A DNA stretch of 64,000 bases from Flavobacteriales bacterium (GCA_016713865.1 JADJOG010000002.1:126629-190628), one strand, 5' to 3'; positions 1 through 10,172 are shown, counted from the first letter of the stretch. Translations and numbers: made by a program. The notes: generated from the sequence alone by a model not told the origin.

Positions 1-2
1 AG

Positions 3-1085
3 AAAATCACCGGCCTGCAAGAGCGTCTTGAGGCCCTCAAAGGCTACCTCGAAATCGAGGATAAGCGCGGCCGCATCCTGGAGGAGGAGAAATACACGCA
101 CGATCCCGATTTCTGGAACGATGCCAAGAAGGCCAAGACGGTCATGCATCGGATCCGGGAGCTGAAGCGCTGGGTGGCGCTATGGGAAGAGGTGAAGCGC
201 GAGATCGACGACGTGGGCGTGATGTTCGAGTTCTGGAAGGCGAAAGAGGTGAGCGAGGAGGAAGTGGAGGCGCAATTCGCGAAAGCCGGGCATGTGCTGG
301 AGGAGCTCGAGTTCAAGAACATGCTCAGCGCCGAGGAGGATCCCTTGAGCGCGGTGGTGCAGATCACCAGCGGCGCGGGCGGCACCGAGAGCAACGATTG
401 GGCGCTCATGCTGCTGCGCATGTACCGCATGTGGGCCGATAAGAGCGGCTACAGCGTGAAGGTGCTCGACTACCAGGACGGCGAAGCAGCGGGCATCAAG
501 CAAGCCACTTTGGAGGTCGCAGGTGAATTCGCCTTCGGCATGCTGAAGGGCGAGAACGGCGTGCATCGCTTGGTGCGCATCAGCCCCTTCGACAGCAACG
601 CGCGGCGCCACACCAGCTTCGTGAGCGTTTACGTGTACCCGCTGGTGGATGAGAGCATCGAGATCGACATCAATCCCGCGGACATCACTTGGGATACCTT
701 CCGCAGCGGAGGTGCCGGTGGCCAGAACGTGAACAAGGTGGAGACCGGCGTGCGCCTGCGCCACGGGCCCACGGGCATCATCATCGAGAATACCGAGACG
801 CGCAGCCAGCTGGAGAACAAGAACAAGGCGCTGCAATTGCTGAAGTCGCAGCTGTACGAAGCCGAGCTGGAGCGTCGCCGCAGCAAGCGCAGCGAGATCG
901 AGGCCGGCAAGAAGAAGATCGAGTGGGGCAGCCAGATCCGCAACTACGTGCTGCAACCCTACAAGCTGGTGAAGGATGTGCGCACCGAGCACGAGACCAG
1001 CAGCGTGGATGATGTGCTGAACGGCGAGATCGATGAATTCCTGAAAGCCTATTTGATGATGCACGGGCAGAGTCAGAAGGTTTGA
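3..1085 (+). CDS. prfB: peptide chain release factor 2 (5' end lies outside the window)
   Basis: The frame is open from nt 3. It carries the RF2-specific SPF motif (RISPFDS) and the GGQ motif ([18 protein letters not shown]), and resembles E. coli RF2 end to end. It reads straight through LKGYLEIED, which aligns to the E. coli LRGYL-UGA-D recoding site. Confidence 0.95.
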   Translation, partial: KITGLQERLEALKGYLEIEDKRGRILEEEKYTHDPDFWNDAKKAKTVMHRIRELKRWVALWEEVKREIDDVGVMFEFWKAKEVSEEEVEAQFAKAGHVLEELEFKNMLSAEEDPLSAVVQITSGAGGTESNDWALMLLRMYRMWADKSGYSVKVLDYQDGEAAGIKQATLEVAGEFAFGMLKGENGVHRLVRISPFDSNARRHTSFVSVYVYPLVDESIEIDINPADITWDTFRSGGAGGQNVNKVETGVRLRHGPTGIIIENTETRSQLENKNKALQLLKSQLYEAELERRRSKRSEIEAGKKKIEWGSQIRNYVLQPYKLVKDVRTEHETSSVDDVLNGEIDEFLKAYLMMHGQSQKV

Positions 1086-1094
1086 ACCCAAGTC

Positions 1095-1126
1095 GGCAGT
1101 TGCCAGTTGGCAGTAGGCAGTTGCCC
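1095..1126 (+). repeat. short tandem GGCAGTTGCC / CAGTTGGCAG decamer-like repeats just after the prfB stop
   Basis: Sequence is ggcagttgccagttggcagtaggcagttgccc. The same motif family occurs in the same transcript orientation after the recQ stop (39971-40016). It is followed by the palindrome cgaccctcgggtcg at 1126-1139. Confidence 0.6.
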
Positions 1127-1165
1127 GACCCTCGGGTCGACCGCACACTGCCAACGAGCGATTAC

Positions 1166-2560
1166 ATGGACTACAGGATCGAGAAAGACACCATGGGCGA
1201 GGTGAAGGTGCCCGCCGACAAGTACTGGGGCGCACAGACCGAGCGCAGCCGCAACAATTTCAGGATCGGTCCGCCGGGCAGCATGCCGCGCGAGATCGTG
1301 CATGCCTTCGCCTACCTGAAGAAAGCCGCCGCGCTCACCAATTTGGAGCTGGGCAAATTGCCGAAGGAGAAGTGCGATCTGATCGGCAAGGTGTGCGACG
1401 AGATCCTCACCGGCAAGCTCGATGACCAGTTCCCGCTGGTGATCTGGCAGACCGGCAGCGGCACGCAGAGCAACATGAACGTGAACGAGGTGATCGCCTA
1501 CCGCGCGCACGTGCTGAGCGGTGGCAAACTCGCCGATGAGCAGAAGGTGCTCAACCCGAACGACGACGTGAACCGCAGCCAGAGCAGCAACGACACCTAC
1601 CCGACGGCCATGCACATCGCGGCGTACAAGCTCACGGTGGAAGTGACCATCCCAGGTGTGAAGAAGCTGCGCGATACGTTGGACAAGAAGGCGAAGTCGT
1701 TCGCGCGCATCGTGAAGACCGGCCGCACGCACTTCATGGATGCCACGCCGCTCACGCTCGGCCAGGAGTTCAGCGGCTACGTGCAACAGCTCGACAACGG
1801 CCTGCGCGCAATCGACAACGCGCTGCACATGGTGGGCGAACTGGCGCTGGGTGGTACAGCCGTGGGTACGGGCCTCAACGCCCCCAAGGGCTACTCAGTG
1901 AAAGTGGCCGAGCAGATCGGCAAGCTCACCGGATTGCCCTTCGTGAGCGCGCCAAACGAGTTCGAGGCCTTGGCCGCGCACGATGCCATGGTGGAGCTCA
2001 GCGGCGCTTTGAAGCGATTGGCTGTTTCGCTCATGAAGATCGCCAACGACATCCGCATCCCCAGCAGCGGCCCACGCAGTGGCATCGGCGAGCTCATCAT
2101 CCCCGACGACGAGCCCGGCTCATCCATCATGCCCGGCAAGGTGAATCCCACGCAGCCCGAAGCGATGACGATGGTGTGCGCCCAAGTGATCGGCAACGAT
2201 GTGGCCGTGAGCATCGGCGGCATGCAAGGCCATTTCGAGCTGAACGTCTTCAAGCCGGTGATCGCTGCGAACGTGCTGCAGAGCGCGCGCTTGCTGGGTG
2301 ATGCCTGCGTCTCCTTCACCGACAAGTGCGCGGCGGGCATCGAGCCGAACGAGGCCGTGATCAAGCGCCATCTGGAGAATTCGCTCATGCTCGTCACCAG
2401 CCTCAACCCGCACATCGGCTACTACAAGGCCGCCGAGATCGCCAAGAAAGCGCACAAGGAAGGCACCACATTGAAAGAGGCCGCCATCGCGCTTGGCCAC
2501 GTGAGCGCCGAGGACTTCGACAAGTGGGTTGATCCGAGTAAGATGTGCAGTGAGGGGTGA
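1166..2560 (+). CDS. fumC: class II fumarate hydratase
   Basis: ATG at 1166 ([28 protein letters not shown]). Fumarase/aspartase signature [13 protein letters not shown]. 464 aa. The TTG at 1082 in the ORF track is unlikely to be the start. Confidence 0.95.
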   Translation: MDYRIEKDTMGEVKVPADKYWGAQTERSRNNFRIGPPGSMPREIVHAFAYLKKAAALTNLELGKLPKEKCDLIGKVCDEILTGKLDDQFPLVIWQTGSGTQSNMNVNEVIAYRAHVLSGGKLADEQKVLNPNDDVNRSQSSNDTYPTAMHIAAYKLTVEVTIPGVKKLRDTLDKKAKSFARIVKTGRTHFMDATPLTLGQEFSGYVQQLDNGLRAIDNALHMVGELALGGTAVGTGLNAPKGYSVKVAEQIGKLTGLPFVSAPNEFEALAAHDAMVELSGALKRLAVSLMKIANDIRIPSSGPRSGIGELIIPDDEPGSSIMPGKVNPTQPEAMTMVCAQVIGNDVAVSIGGMQGHFELNVFKPVIAANVLQSARLLGDACVSFTDKCAAGIEPNEAVIKRHLENSLMLVTSLNPHIGYYKAAEIAKKAHKEGTTLKEAAIALGHVSAEDFDKWVDPSKMCSEG

Positions 2561-3235
2561 TGCGGGTTGTTCTGATCACAGTTGGGTTCTTGCTCGCCGG
2601 CTCTCTAAGAGCTCAGGTCATTGCCACCGGTGCCCTCAAGCGTACCATGTGGGACGGCCAGCGCAGCGGACTGATCGCGATGGACTCGTTGAGCGCACCC
2701 GGCACTTACGGCATGGGGCCGCTGGAGCACATGCGCGGCGAGATCACACTGGTCGATGGCCGCAGCCATGTGGCGCGTGGCTGGTGATAGCCTGGCAGTG
2801 AGCGTTGATCCCACGGCCAAGGCGCCCTTCTTTGTGCATGCGCGTGTTTCGCGCTGGGAGGAAGTGGTGCTTCCGGCCGAAGTGCAGAATGCCGAGCAGT
2901 TGGATGCCTTCCTTGAGAAGCGAAGCGGTGACGAGCCCTTCTTCTTCCGCCTGAATGGCCGCTACGAGGAGATGGATCTGCATGCATGGGACCTGCCTGC
3001 GGATTCAACATTCACTGGGCCGGTGGAAGGCGCACGTTACAAGCGGCACTTCAGCTTCAAGGAAGCGCAGGGAGAAGTTGTCGGCGTGTTTTCCCGGCAT
3101 CATCGTACGGTGTTCACGCATCACGATTCGTTCACCCACCTGCATTTCCTCAGCAGCGATGGCCGCGTGATGGGCCATGTGGATACGCTGGGCTTCACGC
3201 CTATGGAGGTGATCCTGATGGTGGGCTTTCCTTGA
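2560..3235 (+). pseudogene. secreted alpha-acetolactate decarboxylase family protein, one frame break
   Basis: ORFs 2557..2787 and 2756..3235 read as one protein. It has a signal peptide ([19 protein letters not shown]) and family-like GEITLVDG and FTHLHFLSSDGRVMGHV motifs. The frame changes near 2770-2775 (HVA|RVAGDS). Span length is 3n+1. Confidence 0.7.
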
Positions 3236-3288
3236 ATGAAGAAGCCCGAAGCGATGAGCCCCGGGCATCTTCCTGCGATTGGCTCTGA

Positions 3289-3878
3289 CTACTGCGCGCT
3301 CGCCATCGCTTCATGGCCGAAGCGGGCACCCAGCTTAGCCATCACCAGCTCCTTGTCCTGAAGGTCGGTGTAGGTGAGGTCCATGCTGCCGTCGTTGGTA
3401 TAGACACGGATATTGTCCCCTTTATCATCGAGGAATGTGAGGATCGCATGGTCCTGCACGCCGCTATTGGTGTATTTCCACGTGCGATCGCAGCGATCGT
3501 AACGCATGATGCGCACTTCGCCGGCTTCGGCTCCTGAGAGTTGTGTGGTGGTGAAGGTGTCTTTGGTCACTTCAATCTTGTAGTCCACGCCCTTGATCGT
3601 GGTGAGCTGCATCTCGTAGTCGCCCTCATTCATGCTCATGGGATTCGAACGCTCCAGAACTCGATCAGGTTGAGGATGACCGCATCAACCATGGCTGTGA
3701 TGCTGTATACGAATCCCATCGGAATCCACAGAAGCAGAGACCGAACCCACTTGTTCCCTATGCTGGCATGCCAATCATAGGCCTTGCGGGTCAGCGCGAA
3801 TTCACCGAAGCAGCCAGTTTGCGCGAATCCAAGTGAGATCAGGCCGATGAAGAGTGCGGGTTTTGCGAGCTTTTTCAT
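3289..3878 (-). pseudogene. DUF3332-family lipoprotein, one frame break
   Basis: ATG at 3878 (MKKLAKPALFIGLISLGFAQTGC lipobox, then FALTRKAYDWH..NKWV). ORF 3636..3902 ends ...IEFWSVRIP*. Restoring one G gives the family-typical EFWSGSNPMSMNE, which runs directly into ORF 3289..3639. Span length is 3n+2. Confidence 0.7.
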
Positions 3879-3941
3879 GTGATGTGGTTTGATGGATGCC
3901 AACTTACATCATGCGCGCGCTATTCCGCCGGAGAACAAGAA

Positions 3942-3963
3942 GCCCGGAGCATTCACTCCGGGC
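3942..3963 (-). terminator. stem-loop downstream of the rhodanese lipoprotein gene
   Basis: gcccggag (3942-3949), 6-nt loop, ctccgggc (3956-3963). This is an 8-bp perfect stem between two minus-strand genes. Confidence 0.45.
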
Positions 3964-3989
3964 CTCTTCCTTCGGCAAACCCCGTGTGC

Positions 3990-4370
3990 CTACCTCACGA
4001 CGGGCTTGCCATTGGCGGTCCATGCTTGTATGCCTCCATCCAAATCGGTGACATCCTTGAACCCGGCATGGAGCAGTGCTTCTCGCGCAGCGGCGCTCCT
4101 TCGGCCCGATGCGCAGTACACCAGCACTGGTGCATCCTTGTCAAGAGATGACATGCGTGCTTGCAATTGGCCGCTCGTCCAATCGAGGTTGAGCGCGCCA
4201 TCGAGATGGCCGCCTGCGAACTCGGCTGCAGTGCGCACATCAATAAGCTGAGCGTTAGGCGCAATGGTGCGCTCAAATGCCGCAGGCGCTACTGCGCCGC
4301 TCTTGGCAGGCTGACCGCAAGCGGAGAACAACGCGATGCTGAGCAAGGGGATGAGGGCGAGTGCGCGCAT
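3990..4370 (-). CDS. rhodanese-domain lipoprotein (sulfurtransferase)
   Basis: Lipoprotein signal MRALALIPLLSIALFSAC. Rhodanese fold with active-site loop YCASGRRS. 126 aa. Confidence 0.85.
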   Translation of the reverse strand: MRALALIPLLSIALFSACGQPAKSGAVAPAAFERTIAPNAQLIDVRTAAEFAGGHLDGALNLDWTSGQLQARMSSLDKDAPVLVYCASGRRSAAAREALLHAGFKDVTDLDGGIQAWTANGKPVVR

Positions 4371-4391
4371 GGGCTGAGGCGTAATCGTGTT

Positions 4392-4712
4392 CTATGCGGC
4401 CACAAAGGGCGATATGACCTGCTGCAATTGGTCGGCGCTCATCACGCCGCTGCGGCGCCACACGATCTGGCCGTTCTTGAAGACGATGAGCGTGGGCACG
4501 CCTTGTATGCCGTACGCCTGCGCGGCTGCAGGATTGCGGTCCACATCGATCTTGATCACGGTGGCTTGCTCGCCCACGCGGTGCTTGAGGTCCTCCAGGA
4601 TGGGACCCATCACACGGCAGGGGCCGCACCATTCGGCGGAGAAATCCACCAGCACCGGCTTGTCGCCAGCGATCAGGTCCTTGAAGCTCGTAGGGTTTTC
4701 AGTGCTCGTCAT
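4392..4712 (-). CDS. trxA: thioredoxin
   Basis: ATG at 4712 ([13 protein letters not shown]...). WCGPC active site. 106 aa. The longer ORF 4392..4973 upstream part is Arg/Ala-rich and overlaps another gene. Confidence 0.9.
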   Translation of the reverse strand: MTSTENPTSFKDLIAGDKPVLVDFSAEWCGPCRVMGPILEDLKHRVGEQATVIKIDVDRNPAAAQAYGIQGVPTLIVFKNGQIVWRRSGVMSADQLQQVISPFVAA

Positions 4713-4966
4713 TTGATCTCGTGATAGGTGAGTTCTTCGTTGCCGTTCGTTTTCCGTGCCGGCGAGGGCGCGCAGGTTCCGGCGAAGCAGCAGCCGCTGT
4801 TCAGCACGGCCTGCAAGCCGAAGAAGGCTCCCGCTCCGAATGCGAAGGCGTCGCCACTGGCGATGCCTTCGCCGATGAACGCGAGACCAACGAGCAGCCG
4901 CAGCCACCGCGACCAGTGCCATTGCAAGAGCGCGCTCAACGCAGCAGGGCTTGCACGTTCTGCCAT
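4709..4966 (-). CDS. DUF2892 (YgaP-like) small membrane protein
   Basis: Two hydrophobic helices with a Gly-rich pattern ([17 protein letters not shown]...[18 protein letters not shown]). 4-nt overlap with trxA. The start is uncertain: ATG at 4966 overlaps the upstream rhodanese gene by 31 nt, and a TTG at 4927 is an alternative. Confidence 0.6.
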   Translation of the reverse strand: MAERASPAALSALLQWHWSRWLRLLVGLAFIGEGIASGDAFAFGAGAFFGLQAVLNSGCCFAGTCAPSPARKTNGNEELTYHEIK

Positions 4967-5238
4967 GGGCCACCGTTGTAGGCTTCGTAGCCGGCGTTCT
5001 TCAGCGCATCGGCGGCCATTCCGCTGCGCGCGCCGCTGCGGCAGCAGGTGATCACCGGCTTGTCCTTGTTGATCTTGCTCAGCTGCGATTGCAGCCGGTC
5101 GAGCGGGATGTTCACCGCGCCTTTCGGGTGGCCGCCGCGGTATTCATCGGGCGTGCGCACATCGATGATCTGCGCGCCTTCCTGGAGTTTCGCGTTGAGA
5201 TCGACCTTGGGGCCGAAGCCGAAGAGTTTGCCGAACAT
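4936..5238 (-). CDS. single-domain rhodanese sulfurtransferase
   Basis: ATG at 5238 ([37 protein letters not shown]). Active-site loop CCRSGARS. 100 aa. Confidence 0.85.
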   Translation of the reverse strand: MFGKLFGFGPKVDLNAKLQEGAQIIDVRTPDEYRGGHPKGAVNIPLDRLQSQLSKINKDKPVITCCRSGARSGMAADALKNAGYEAYNGGPWQNVQALLR

Positions 5239-5313
5239 GGGAGGGTTGTTGTTGATGCCGCAAAGATCCGCCATCAGGATGCCCGCGTTGGTGATACGCA
5301 TCACCAAGGCCCG

Positions 5314-6740
5314 TCAGAACGCGTAGTTCACGATGACCTCCATATGGTGCATGTTCACCTTATGTACGGCCTGTCGCGTGGTGTATTCGACGCCCGGCAT
5401 GGGCAGCTTCACCATATAAATGAACTGCGCCGCAAGGCCTTTCCAGTTCCGCCGAAGCGATATTGCGCGTTCAGGTTGGTGCTGGTATGAGGGGAAGGCA
5501 TACTTGTTCAATCGTGCGGCCGCGATAGGTGGGAGCCAGTACTGACCAGCATCGGCTTGAATGCGCCAGCCGCTCTTGGTGTGCCAGATGAGGTTGATTG
5601 TGGCGGCGTGCACATCGCCGACGCCTTCGTTGCGCTCGCGCGATAGGAACGTGTAGAACGGGTCGCGGCCCCATTCGCGCGGCATCAGGTATCGGCCATG
5701 CGCGGTGATGCGGGTGTAGTTGGCCTGCCAGCGGAAGCGGCCAAGGTTCATGCGAATTCGGCCGCTGAAGGCCATCGAAGCATCGGACTGGAAATAGGCG
5801 AGGCTGTCCGCGTTGTTGCCGCCATTCATCACGCGGTCTTGTCGTATCGCCATCACGCCGGCCATCCAGCGGTCGTCGCGCGTGCCACGCTCCACTTGCA
5901 GCATGGCCGTATTGAAGGCATTTGCCGTGAGCATTTCCCAACCAGTAACGGTGAGCTTATGCTTCAGCGGAGCCGTGATGCCTGCCATGGCGATGCCCGG
6001 TGAAATGATACGGCCCTTGTAGCGGCTTGGCTTTCCATCAACACCCACGCCCACCGGATACAAGCCGAAAGTCTGCTCCACGGGATACCACGCGGCGGTG
6101 GAGCGCGGCGCCATGCGGTAGATGAAACCGCCTTCGATGCGCAAGCCCTTTTTGCTCTTGTGCGAGCCCCACAACCCCTCCGAGAGCCCCGGATGCATGC
6201 GGCCATCCTGTGGATTGATGAATGGCGTGATCAATTCCTGGCGGCCGAACACGATGGATGACCGATCGTCGCGCGTGTGGTAGTTGAGCTGGAAGAGCTG
6301 CACGTAGGCGAGTTGGTTGTCGCGGCGCAGGTTCGTGACATCGAAGAGGCCGACCTCGTAGCGGTTGGGCATGTTGGTGACCGGGTCAGCGGCCGTGAGG
6401 TCAGCGCTCCACAGGTCGAAAGTGTAGCCGCCGGTCATGCGCAGTTGCATGCCGTTCCAACGCAAGGAGGAGAACCCCAAGGAGCCTCCGAATGCTTGCG
6501 CATGGTAGTCGGCAGGAGCGCCATCATTCAGCGTGCCCATGAGGAAGAGGCGGAAGCGCCCTTCCAGGTGCCATTGCGGATCGCACCAGGCAAGGGCGCA
6601 CCTTGTTTCAGCGTATCGCTCGGCGGGATATCGAGCTCCGACTGCTGCGCCGTTGCAGACAAGAAGGCCAGCGAGAGCACGAGGATGGAAGCAATCCTCC
6701 ACCGCGCATTCATCACCTTGTTATGCGCCTGTTGCTTCAA
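5314..6740 (-). pseudogene. outer-membrane beta-barrel (OprD-like/porin-like) protein, one frame break
   Basis: The signal peptide (MNARWRIASILVLSLAFLSATAQQ) is in ORF 6528..6740. The barrel, ending in the aromatic ...VIVNYAF, is in ORF 5314..6702. The frames join near 6552-6560 at a G run (GTWKG|RFRLFLMGT). The family call is generic. Confidence 0.6.
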
Positions 6741-6760
6741 TGTGCTGGGTGCTCAGCGCT

Positions 6761-7174
6761 TCAGAAACCGGCCTTGATGTAGCTCCAGCCTTGTTCCTGC
6801 CGCTCCACGATGTGGATGATGCCCGCCTTCACGTATCCCGCTTCAGGCAGCACTTTCGAGCGGTCGAGGTTGCGCTCTTTGATGGTGTTCTCGCATGCCA
6901 TGAACACGATGCCCTGTGCTGCGAACTCCTTCACCTTGGGCGCTACGATGCTGCGGTCGCTCATCAGCAGGTCCATGCCAGGGCCGTGGCATACGATCTC
7001 GAGCTGCATGGTGGGCGCGGCCTCTTTCATGTTGCGCAGCTGCTTCATCAGGTTCTTGTGTACGAGTGAATCGCCGCTGGTGAGCTGCATCACGATGCGG
7101 TGATGCGTGGGCTTGTCCTGTGCTTGTGCAGTGTAACCGATGAAAAGGGCGAGAAGGAGAAGGAGCTTGTTCAT
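6761..7174 (-). CDS. secreted DsrE/DsrF-like (COG1416-type) sulfur-relay family protein
   Basis: ATG at 7174 with signal peptide MNKLLLLLALFIGYTAQAQ. Family-like pattern: RIVMQLTSGD...LEIVCHGPG...FMACENTIKER...AGIIHIVERQEQGWSYIKAG. Confidence 0.7.
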   Translation of the reverse strand: MNKLLLLLALFIGYTAQAQDKPTHHRIVMQLTSGDSLVHKNLMKQLRNMKEAAPTMQLEIVCHGPGMDLLMSDRSIVAPKVKEFAAQGIVFMACENTIKERNLDRSKVLPEAGYVKAGIIHIVERQEQGWSYIKAGF

Positions 7175-7229
7175 GGTGAGCAAAGCTGGTGCGTTGTATG
7201 GTCGAGAATTGTGACGCGCGTCACGTGGC

Positions 7230-9017
7230 TCACCGGAATTCGTAGTCGTAGCCTTCGAGCTGGCTCAGCAGCGTCTGCGGCGCATCGGTGGCTGTGATGC
7301 GGCCTTCGACTTTCGGCGCCACCGGACTGAATTTCCCGAAGTAGTCGCGCAGGATGGTGTGCATGGTGACGCCAGCGAGTCGAGGGTTGCGCACGTGCTC
7401 CATGCGGCAGAGCACATGGTCTGGGTCGCCTTCACGCTCGCAGGCGGCAATGGTGTAATACTTCTCGAGGTCGATCGGTTTTCCGCCCACCTTGATCCAG
7501 TTCACGCGCTTGCCCATGTCGTTGTGCATGGTGAAGTTGGCGGTCATGCCCTTGAAACGCACCACCCATCCACCGAAGCGCTTGGCGGGATCCTTGGCGA
7601 AGACATTGTGCAGCTCTTTCTCCAGCCAATCCCAGATCTGGCGACCGGTCGCTTCGCCAAACTTCGCATCGCTATCCACCGGTATCATGCTCCAGAGATG
7701 GTCGTTGGTTATCGGGGTTGGCGTCTTGCCATCGGCCACGATCGGCGGGCAGAACCGGAAGCCGTTGCTGATGGCGATGTCGGGCTTCAGCTTCCACATG
7801 AGCGCATCCGTGATCAAGTTGTCCATGGGGTTCTCGATCACGTAGTAGCGCACCAGCGTGTTCTTGGTGCTGCCCACCACTTTGCTCAAGTGCTCTTTGT
7901 AAGGTGCGCTCACTTCATCCACCAGTGCGAGCATGCCTTTGTTCGCCGGGTATTTCTCCGGGTCCACATCGAGCAGCTCGTAGTGGCTGTCTTTCACTGC
8001 GCCGTTCTCCACCACAACATCGAGGCGCGCGAGGAAGGATCCGAAGGCGCCCGGCTCAACCACCTTGCTGTATTGGGCATCAATGGGCTTGCGAACGCGC
8101 TCATGCGTATCCGCGCCGAGGATGAGGTCCACGCCATCCACTGCGCTCTTGTTCGCGAGATCCACTTGTTGCGCAAGGCCCATGTGCGTGACCAGGAAGA
8201 CCATGGCGCACTGCTCGTAGTCGCGCAGGTGCCGGATGTAGCGCGCCACGTTCTGCTCGGGCTTGGTGAACTTGATGCCGCAGCTGTATGCGGGCGATTG
8301 GCGCTTGGGTGTGAGCGGGTCGTTGTAGCCGATGAAGCCGATCTTGACACCAGCGACGTTCGTGGTCCAGTAGGGCGGGAAGATGAGCTCGCCTGCCTGT
8401 TCGGCGTTGGGGTCCGGCGTGGTTCCGCAATACTCCGCTTGCTTCTCGTGCCACATGTTGGCGCACACCCTGGCCGCGCGGTAGCCGCCGAGGTCCTTCA
8501 GCATGTTCTCCTTGCCGTACACCACCTCCCAATTGCCGGGCAGGATCAGGTCGTAACCGATGCGGTTCATCAAGGGCACGATGGCGCGCCCTTCGCTCTT
8601 CGCAGCCACACCACCTCCTTGGAAGCAGTCGCCGCCATCGATCACCAAGGTGTTCTTCGGATCCTCGGCACGTAGGGTGTCGATCATCGATTGCAGCACG
8701 CCGAAGCCGCCGCGCTTCTTGTACACAGGCTTGCCTTCTTCAAGGAAGAACTCGTCGTGCGTGTGCAGCTGCGAGTGGATGTCGCTGGTGAAGAGGATGG
8801 TGAACTTCTCGGCCTTCCCCGCGCGAAGGGCTGTGGAGCCCACGATCTCGTTGCGGCTTTGCGCATCGCCGAGCGCGCCCATGGCCACTGTGGGCCCCAA
8901 GGTGAGGCCTGCGCCCAAGGCACCTAGCGATTTCAGTGCTTGCCTGCGGCTCACGTTGTAAGTGGCCTCATCATGTGCGCCGCACGTGCAGCCAGGAGGG
9001 TGGAGGATCTCGCTCAT
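7230..9017 (-). CDS. Tat-exported metallophosphoesterase/5'-nucleotidase family protein (UshA/SoxB-like)
   Basis: ATG at 9017. Twin-arginine signal SRRQALKSLGALGAGLTLGP. Metallophosphoesterase motifs FTSDIHSQLH, DGGDCFQGG and GNWE. 5'-nucleotidase-type C-terminal half. 595 aa. The SoxB-like function is only a context-based suggestion. Confidence 0.75.
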   Translation of the reverse strand: MSEILHPPGCTCGAHDEATYNVSRRQALKSLGALGAGLTLGPTVAMGALGDAQSRNEIVGSTALRAGKAEKFTILFTSDIHSQLHTHDEFFLEEGKPVYKKRGGFGVLQSMIDTLRAEDPKNTLVIDGGDCFQGGGVAAKSEGRAIVPLMNRIGYDLILPGNWEVVYGKENMLKDLGGYRAARVCANMWHEKQAEYCGTTPDPNAEQAGELIFPPYWTTNVAGVKIGFIGYNDPLTPKRQSPAYSCGIKFTKPEQNVARYIRHLRDYEQCAMVFLVTHMGLAQQVDLANKSAVDGVDLILGADTHERVRKPIDAQYSKVVEPGAFGSFLARLDVVVENGAVKDSHYELLDVDPEKYPANKGMLALVDEVSAPYKEHLSKVVGSTKNTLVRYYVIENPMDNLITDALMWKLKPDIAISNGFRFCPPIVADGKTPTPITNDHLWSMIPVDSDAKFGEATGRQIWDWLEKELHNVFAKDPAKRFGGWVVRFKGMTANFTMHNDMGKRVNWIKVGGKPIDLEKYYTIAACEREGDPDHVLCRMEHVRNPRLAGVTMHTILRDYFGKFSPVAPKVEGRITATDAPQTLLSQLEGYDYEFR

Positions 9018-9024
9018 GCCGTGG

Positions 9025-10163
9025 TCATTTTCTGATTTTCTGAGTTTCCGCTGATCCTCTGATCGCGGCTTCCGCAATTGGGCCGAATGGCCCGTATTTG
9101 TGCTGTTTCTCGGGGAACTGGTCCGCGAACGGCCCGAAGGGATGGTCAACCGGTTTCTTGCTGATGTCTGGCCAATCGCCGCTGAGGTCTTTCGGTGGCC
9201 GCGGCTGTGAGTTCACGTAGGCGGCAACATCCCACGCTTCTTCGTCGCTGAGCTGCGGACTATTCCACGTAACGCCCTGCGGCATGTTAGCCTTCACGTA
9301 TCCAGCGAAGCGGCTCAATCGGTAAAGGCCCGCGCCTTGGTTGTAGCTCTTGTCGCCCCACAGCGGTGGATACAGGTGCGTGAGTCCATCGGCCTTCAGC
9401 ATGCCTTGTCCATCGGCCGCATGGCAGGTCACGCATTTCGCGGCATAGACCGCTTCGCCGCGTTTGGGATCGGCCGCGCGATCCATGAAGGCCAGCTCCA
9501 CGATGCCGCTGCCCTTGGGCTTCTCGTTGCGCGCGATGCCTGTGCCCAACCATTCGATGTACGCGAGGATGGCTTGCATCTCACGCCCGGTGCTGTCGAG
9601 CGCAGTACCGTTCAAGCTGCGCTCCACGCAATCGTTCACGCGCTTCACAACGGTCTCATTCGCACCACTGCGTGCGCGGAACTTCGGATAGGTGCTCCAC
9701 ACCGCGCCGTAGTTGTTGCCCCAAGGCCGCGTGCCCGCATCCAAGTGGCAGTTCTGGCAATTGAGCGCGTTCGTGTTGCGCATCACCACACCGTTGGGGC
9801 CGATGTAGTGCGCGGTGTTCGCGATCAACTCACGGCCGTAGCGGATGAGTTCCTCCTGCGCATCCTCGATGAAGGTGAGCCTTGCTCGTGTCGGCACCGC
9901 TCCAGAGGCTATCAACCGTGAAGGTGGCCACCTGTGGAAGCGGCTCGGGCGCTGCGGCTTTCGGTTTCAAACAGGTCTGTCGGCATGAAGAATTGCGCAA
10001 CCACGACGAGCAGCAGGAACCAGGTGATGCGCTTGCTCCAGCTGAGGCCGCTCTTACGCTGCTGACCGATCCGTTCCTGCAATGCCGCCAGCGCATCGTC
10101 GAGCACGTAGAGCACCACCAGCACCAGAATGGTGGCGAGCAGGACGATCGCAGGGATGAGCAT
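9025..10163 (-). pseudogene. membrane-anchored dihaem cytochrome c resembling TsdA/SoxA-type thiosulfate dehydrogenases, probably two frame breaks in the N-terminal part
   Basis: ORF 9025..9915 has two CxxCH sites (NCQNCH, KCVTCH) plus RVNDCVERSLNG, YPPLWG and ANMP. It has no signal peptide of its own. Upstream pieces in other frames look like its N-terminus: 9830..10096 (...KAAAPEPLPQVATFTVDSLWSGADTSKA) and 9912..10163 (two hydrophobic helices, ATG at 10163). The 83-aa ORF could instead be a separate small membrane protein. Confidence 0.6.
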
Positions 10164-10172
10164 GGCGGCTCC

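Noticed and set aside
180-1235. Long antisense ORFs opposite well-supported genes. Examples: 180..1235(-), 1073..1828(-), 9882..11147(+), 17019..18167(-), 20706..22175(+), 24721..26034(+), 35391..36518(-), 40926..41924(+), 44659..46377(-), 48920..49858(-), 51079..52446(-), 62277..63830(-).
   Set aside because: Their translations are Arg/Ala/His/Gly/Leu-rich low-complexity strings with no motifs. Each lies fully inside a gene on the other strand that has clear family signatures. Long shadow ORFs are expected in ~60% GC DNA.
9912-10163. Calling the 83-aa two-helix ORF an independent small membrane protein (CcoQ/FixS-like).
   Set aside because: Not fully rejected. However, the downstream cytochrome ORF lacks any signal peptide. 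A middle piece in a third frame (FTVDSLWSGADTSKA) resembles the N-terminal region of related cytochromes. Frame breaks are also common in this window. I therefore favour a single anchored cytochrome with two breaks.
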